DNA of 64,000 nucleotides from Rhizaria sp. SCN 62-66 (Eukaryota): NCBI GenBank assembly GCA_001724265.1, contig MEDY01000257.1, positions 1 to 64,000 of the forward strand, read 5' to 3'. Shown piece by piece: positions 59,482 to 64,000 of this stretch (position 1 is its first letter; each line of letters starts with the position of its first letter). The notes under the pieces were generated by a model. It saw only the letters and a program-made list of their open reading frames with translations, ran no database searches and was not told where the DNA came from. The position numbers and the translations under genes were made by a program.

Positions 59482-60265
59482 GCACACATTGGGAAGCAGT
59501 GATTGACTCATCACGTTACGCATACACGTAGTACCGGGTGTGCAATGTCATGGTCGACGAATATACCAAACAAAACAATAACATGCTGGCCTCGAGATAA
59601 CTATTGGCACGGGCCAAGCAATTTAATACAATAGAACATCAATTATTGACTGACAATTCGTGTGAGTACATCTGGTGAAATAACTGTGTATTGCTACTAA
59701 TAATACTATAGGGTGAAAAATACAAACATAAAAGTGGATTCTTGATAAAAACAAACCGAAAAAGAAAATAAAAACATGTTGTGTAAATGCTACGTCTTCC
59801 ATGAACACACGACTTCATATCACTGAAACGGACGTCAAGTCTTTACGGATGACGCGCACAGCTACAATTAAGGCATTGCAGAACATGACCACTCCCACCT
59901 CACACGTTGTCAAAAGTTGCGAACTGGTTGCAAGAGTAGTCCATGCTTGACTAATTTAAAGCTGATGTTATATAAAGCAAAGCAGGAAGAGATGACAACT
60001 TGTCTATCCCCGCTGTTACGGGAGTACAAACGCGACAAAATGCAGTGTAATAACCTCGCATTAATGGCTTAGCTTTTTGCACTGTTGCGTCCCTCGCTAG
60101 CTGTGTAGCAGAACTAGCAAGCATAACAGCGTTTTTCTCATGTTCACAAATAAAGCACATCATTGTCCAGACAAACTCAAACACGAACTCATCGTCTACA
60201 GCCGTGAGCGAACCTTTTTAGTTACATTCGCAAGGGACGTAGCAGTGGGTGGCACGCACTGTCGT

Positions 60266-62267
60266 TTAGAGTCTACCGTCCATGATCTTCTGGAAGACGG
60301 CGAAGATGTCGCCGTTGACGTAGTCGTTGTCGACGACGTTGACGAGGTAGTACGAATCGTGCACCTGCTGCAGCAGGCTCCACGCCTCCGAGTTCTTCTC
60401 GTAGATCGTCTGCCACATGGTGCGCCAGAGCGCGAAGGCCTCGTCCTTCCAGATGCCGAAGGTGTGCGAGTCCACGACGGTGGGCTGGAGCACCTCCTTG
60501 AGCGGGAACACACCCCAGGTGACGGCGTTGACGTAGTCGCCGGGCAGCGACGACGACGACACCTTCTCGCCCTTGGCCGTGATGGCCTGGAACGTCAGGT
60601 TCGGGTAGTCCTGCGCGGCCTTGGCGAACTTCTGCACCAGCGCCGGCGACGCGAAGAACTCGACGTACGCCTTCTGGTAGACGTAGCCGCCGGGGCCGCC
60701 CCAGCCGACGGCAGCGTCGTCGGACGGCTTGCCGTTGACCGCGGGCTGCGAGTTGATGGTGAGGAAGCCATTCTGGTTCATCTCGGCCAGCACGCCGGCG
60801 AGCGGGACCGTCTCGGCGCTGATGGGGCGCTCGCACCACGGCAGGCGCGCGATCTCGCCGCGCACGAAGCGCGCAAAGACGTTGTAGATGTCCAGCGGCG
60901 TCGAGGGCGCCTCGCCCCACAGCGCGCGGCGATCAGCCTTGCGGCCCGCCTTGAAAGGGTACAGGTGGTAGTCGGAGAGGTCACCGAAAGCAGGGGAGGC
61001 GGCGTCGCCCCAGCGGCCGTTGGGGAACTCGTCCCAGCGCGCCGTGCGGTCGATGTACGACTGCGGGCGGTTCGACCAGAAGATCGGGCGCACGGACTCG
61101 GTGCAGCGGCGCGACACTACGGACTCGGCCCACGGCAGCTGGTTCGACTGCGCCTTCTGCGGGGTGATGAAGCCGAGCGACTCGAGAATGTCGATCACGG
61201 ACTTCTCCAGGTTCAACGTGTAGAAGTGCAGGCACGTGATGCCAGAGGCGTACAGGCGGCGGCACATACGCACGGCGAGCTCAACGCCGTACTGCTTGAC
61301 GGCGGCGTCGTCGTGCTCGATCGGCGCGAGAGCGTCCTGGAAAATGAAAAGAACAACAAGATGGCATGCAATAAGATGTGAGCGAATCGCTCTGATTTTA
61401 AAAGCACAAAACATACCATCTTAATAGAACCTAATTTGAAAGTATTCGAGAGAGAACGGCTACGTTTCGTACCTTAATCTCCTGGGGGACGAAGGTCTTG
61501 CAGAGCGTGGTCATGCGGTTGAAGCCGACGTAGGACTGGATGGGCATGATGCCGGGCACAATGGGGCACGTAATGCCGGCCTCGCGGCAGCGCGCGACCC
61601 AGGCGATGAACATGTCGACGTCGTAGAAGAGCTGGGTGACGATGAAGTCAGCGCCGGCGTCGACCTTGGCCTTGAGGTGCTGCATGTCCTCCTCCAGCGA
61701 AGTCGCCTGCGTGTGGCCCTCGGGGTAACCCGCGACAGCGATGCCGAACCAATCGCCGTGCTCCTCGCGGATCAGCTTAACCAGGTCCACGCCGTACGAG
61801 AGCCCGCCCTCGGTCTTCTCCCACGCGTCGGCGCCGTGCGGGGGGTCGCCGCGGAGCGCGAGGATGTTGCGGATGCCGTCGGCGCGCGCGCGCTTGAGCG
61901 CGAGCTTGACGTCGTCGATATTAATGTTGGTGCACGTAAGGTGCATCATGACGTCGGCGCAGCACAGCTTCTGTGCGTACTTGCAGATGTCATGCGTCAG
62001 CGTTGCGGTGGAGCCGCCAGCGCCCCAGGTGATGTCGACGAACGCGGGATCCAGCTCGCCCATGCGCTCGATGCGCGCGTACAGGTTCTTCTCGCCGGCC
62101 TCAGTCTTGGGCGGAAAAAACTCGAACGAGTAGATGGAGCGCTTCTCCGCGATGGCAGCGTTGATCTTCTTAATGATGGGCTCGGCCTTCTGGCGGCGCG
62201 ACATCAGCTGCGGCGAGTCGGGGGAGCGGATGTCCATCAACTTGTACTCGGAATCGGCGGCAGACAT
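60266..62267 (-). CDS. MTHFR: Methylenetetrahydrofolate reductase, eukaryotic type with C-terminal regulatory domain; exons 62267..61473, 61336..60266
   Basis: SFEFFPPKT, FVDITWGAGG, MMHLTCTN, NILALRGDPP, VAGYPEGH, KVDAGADFIVTQLFYD, HFYTLNLEK, ESVRPIFW, WDEFPNGRWGD, TINSQPAVNG, NAVTWGVFP. TAA stop. Confidence 0.97.
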
Positions 62268-63913
62268 GGGAGTCGACGGCGAGACTGTGGAGATAGCGAC
62301 GGGTAGTACACGGAGATAAGAGAGAGCATAGGTTAAGAGGTGAACAAACAGCGAAGAAGAACGAAAAGTGATCGCCAAAAATGCGAGTGGAGTGGGGTAA
62401 GTGAGCGGAAGAGAATTGCAGGACAATAGCAACAGCGCAAGCGCGTCCTTCGCAGTATGACAATGAGTAAGAAAATGTACGACGACGAGTCCATGCGCAG
62501 TTTCAAATAAGGGACAGGTAAAGCGTGTGGAATGGGACACGGTGTGCCACGGGCTGCCACTCGCCAGCACTTCGCAGTGCGCTCCAGTAACACGACCACA
62601 ATGATGTGGAAATGAACTAAAAGGTAGATATAATAAAGCCAACTGATGCTTAGTGACATGGTAAATCCGGGATTTCGTCTATATGCCTAGTAACGGATGG
62701 ATTGATGGCGTGGAAAAGGAAAACGAAGCACTGCCGCAACCGCTGGCCTCGGTTGGGGCTCGTGGCATGTTTCACTTGCTTGTCAATGACTGTGAGCAAC
62801 CCCCCCCGAATCACCCCTTCTTTCGCCAAGATAACAATTTTCGCATGGCTCTATAGTGCTAATTTTGTGATGTAGTATATTTCACAATATTTTGTATATA
62901 CTCACGTTATTTTGCAACTTGTTGACGTTGATATACCCCGCGGAAACCTCTAAATGTGATGCATCAGAATACACAAATCATGTGCTGCGGTGAATATTCA
63001 AGTTGATTTGATTATACAATATTGTATATTACGTTATAACAAGCTATGTATAAAATATTAAGTGTTCATAAAGATTTGAAGTATCACATCGCAACTACAT
63101 GAGTTTAAAGTAAGAGTTGTTCGCTCAGTGCTCTGGGCTCGCCATCAAAAGCAAGGACTACACAACCAAACCATGTGACTCATAAGCTCATAACTTGACA
63201 TGACATTTGAAACAAGATGAAAATGTATATTAAACTACTATTATTGCAATGGATTGTTGTTGTGTAACTTTGTTTGAGTTGTTGTGATGACTCCGCATCT
63301 TTTTTCGGAACCCGCTCGGTGACCGTGGGCGGTCAGCAACGGGCGGGCTCAACTTTTTGCTTTTGTGGTTGGTGGACCGTTAGGATTTTAGCAGGCGTGT
63401 CTTTTGGGGAAAGCATCGTGTGTTGCAAAGATCTGAATTATGGTGGATAATGACGTGCTATTGCATATGCTGTGTGTTTGTTTGGTCTCTATTAGCGGTG
63501 TCTGCGAGGCGCATGAGACGTCTCCGATGTGTGGTCAAACCATCAGTGGTCAAAGACCTCACAATCGATCTCCCCGTCTTCACCACGCCTCTGCCATTTG
63601 TACCACGACGAACGGCATGCTGTGTTATTTTGGGCATACTCGAGTTAGTGTTTTTGCGCTCTGCTGCCTCGCCAGGCTGCGATCTTTGTCTGAACCTGAT
63701 GCTGATCCGTTGCCTCACACCAGGAACACTTCTCGATCTGATTGCTGTGAGAATCGTATCCACTTCTTTGCCATCGCTTCCCCAACACTTCAAACTTGTT
63801 CACTCTCATTGTCCATTGTCTTCTAATCTTTCCCTCTTGAATATGTTCCTGCTCCGTCTTGCTATCACGTCCGCTAACACCTCGCTCCTGGTTACCAAAG
63901 ACACAGCAGCCCG

Positions 63914-64000
63914 ATGCCGCTCGAGGCGACGATGTTTTGCGTCGACAACTCCGACTGGATGCGCAACGGCGACTACACCCCGACGCGTCTTGACGCCCAG
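63914..64000 (+). CDS. RPN10: 26S proteasome regulatory subunit RPN10/PSMD4, 5' end only (3'-truncated by the window edge)
   Basis: [29 protein letters not shown] matches the conserved N-terminus of the RPN10 vWA domain. Confidence 0.92.
   Translation, partial: MPLEATMFCVDNSDWMRNGDYTPTRLDAQ

Noticed and set aside
48542-62267. FPGS and MTHFR within about 10 kb, considered as a folate gene cluster
   Set aside because: They are separated by two unrelated genes and lie on opposite strands. Chance proximity is adequate without synteny data.
63440-63826. Overlapping small ORFs upstream of RPN10
   Set aside because: They lack the GC3 bias of real genes here and have no motifs. Probably promoter or UTR sequence.

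Overview
Gene-dense nuclear genome segment of a flagellated unicellular eukaryote: GC-rich, Ala-rich exons, AT-rich spacers and short spliceosomal introns (103-226 nt). About 20 protein-coding genes: PRP43/DHX15, DDX24/MAK5, CCDC39, PABPN1, SPC25, a UCH-family deubiquitinase, an animal-type four-domain transglutaminase, NUP155, LZIC, WDR78/DNAI4, an MLKL-like four-helix-bundle plus pseudokinase gene, FPGS, an EF-hand protein, CFAP61, MTHFR, the start of RPN10, and several hypotheticals. Main points of interest: (1) an MLKL-like putative cell-death executor whose frame is broken by an in-frame TAG; (2) none of the 18 other genes with a visible stop ends in TAG, while four TAG-C codons sit inside protein-like frames, which suggests UAG reassignment or readthrough; (3) all 20 introns I could reconstruct use a GT(A/T)CG donor instead of GTRAG. 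Family assignments rest on motif recognition by eye; no database searches were run. I found no tRNA, rRNA, CRISPR or transposon signatures.
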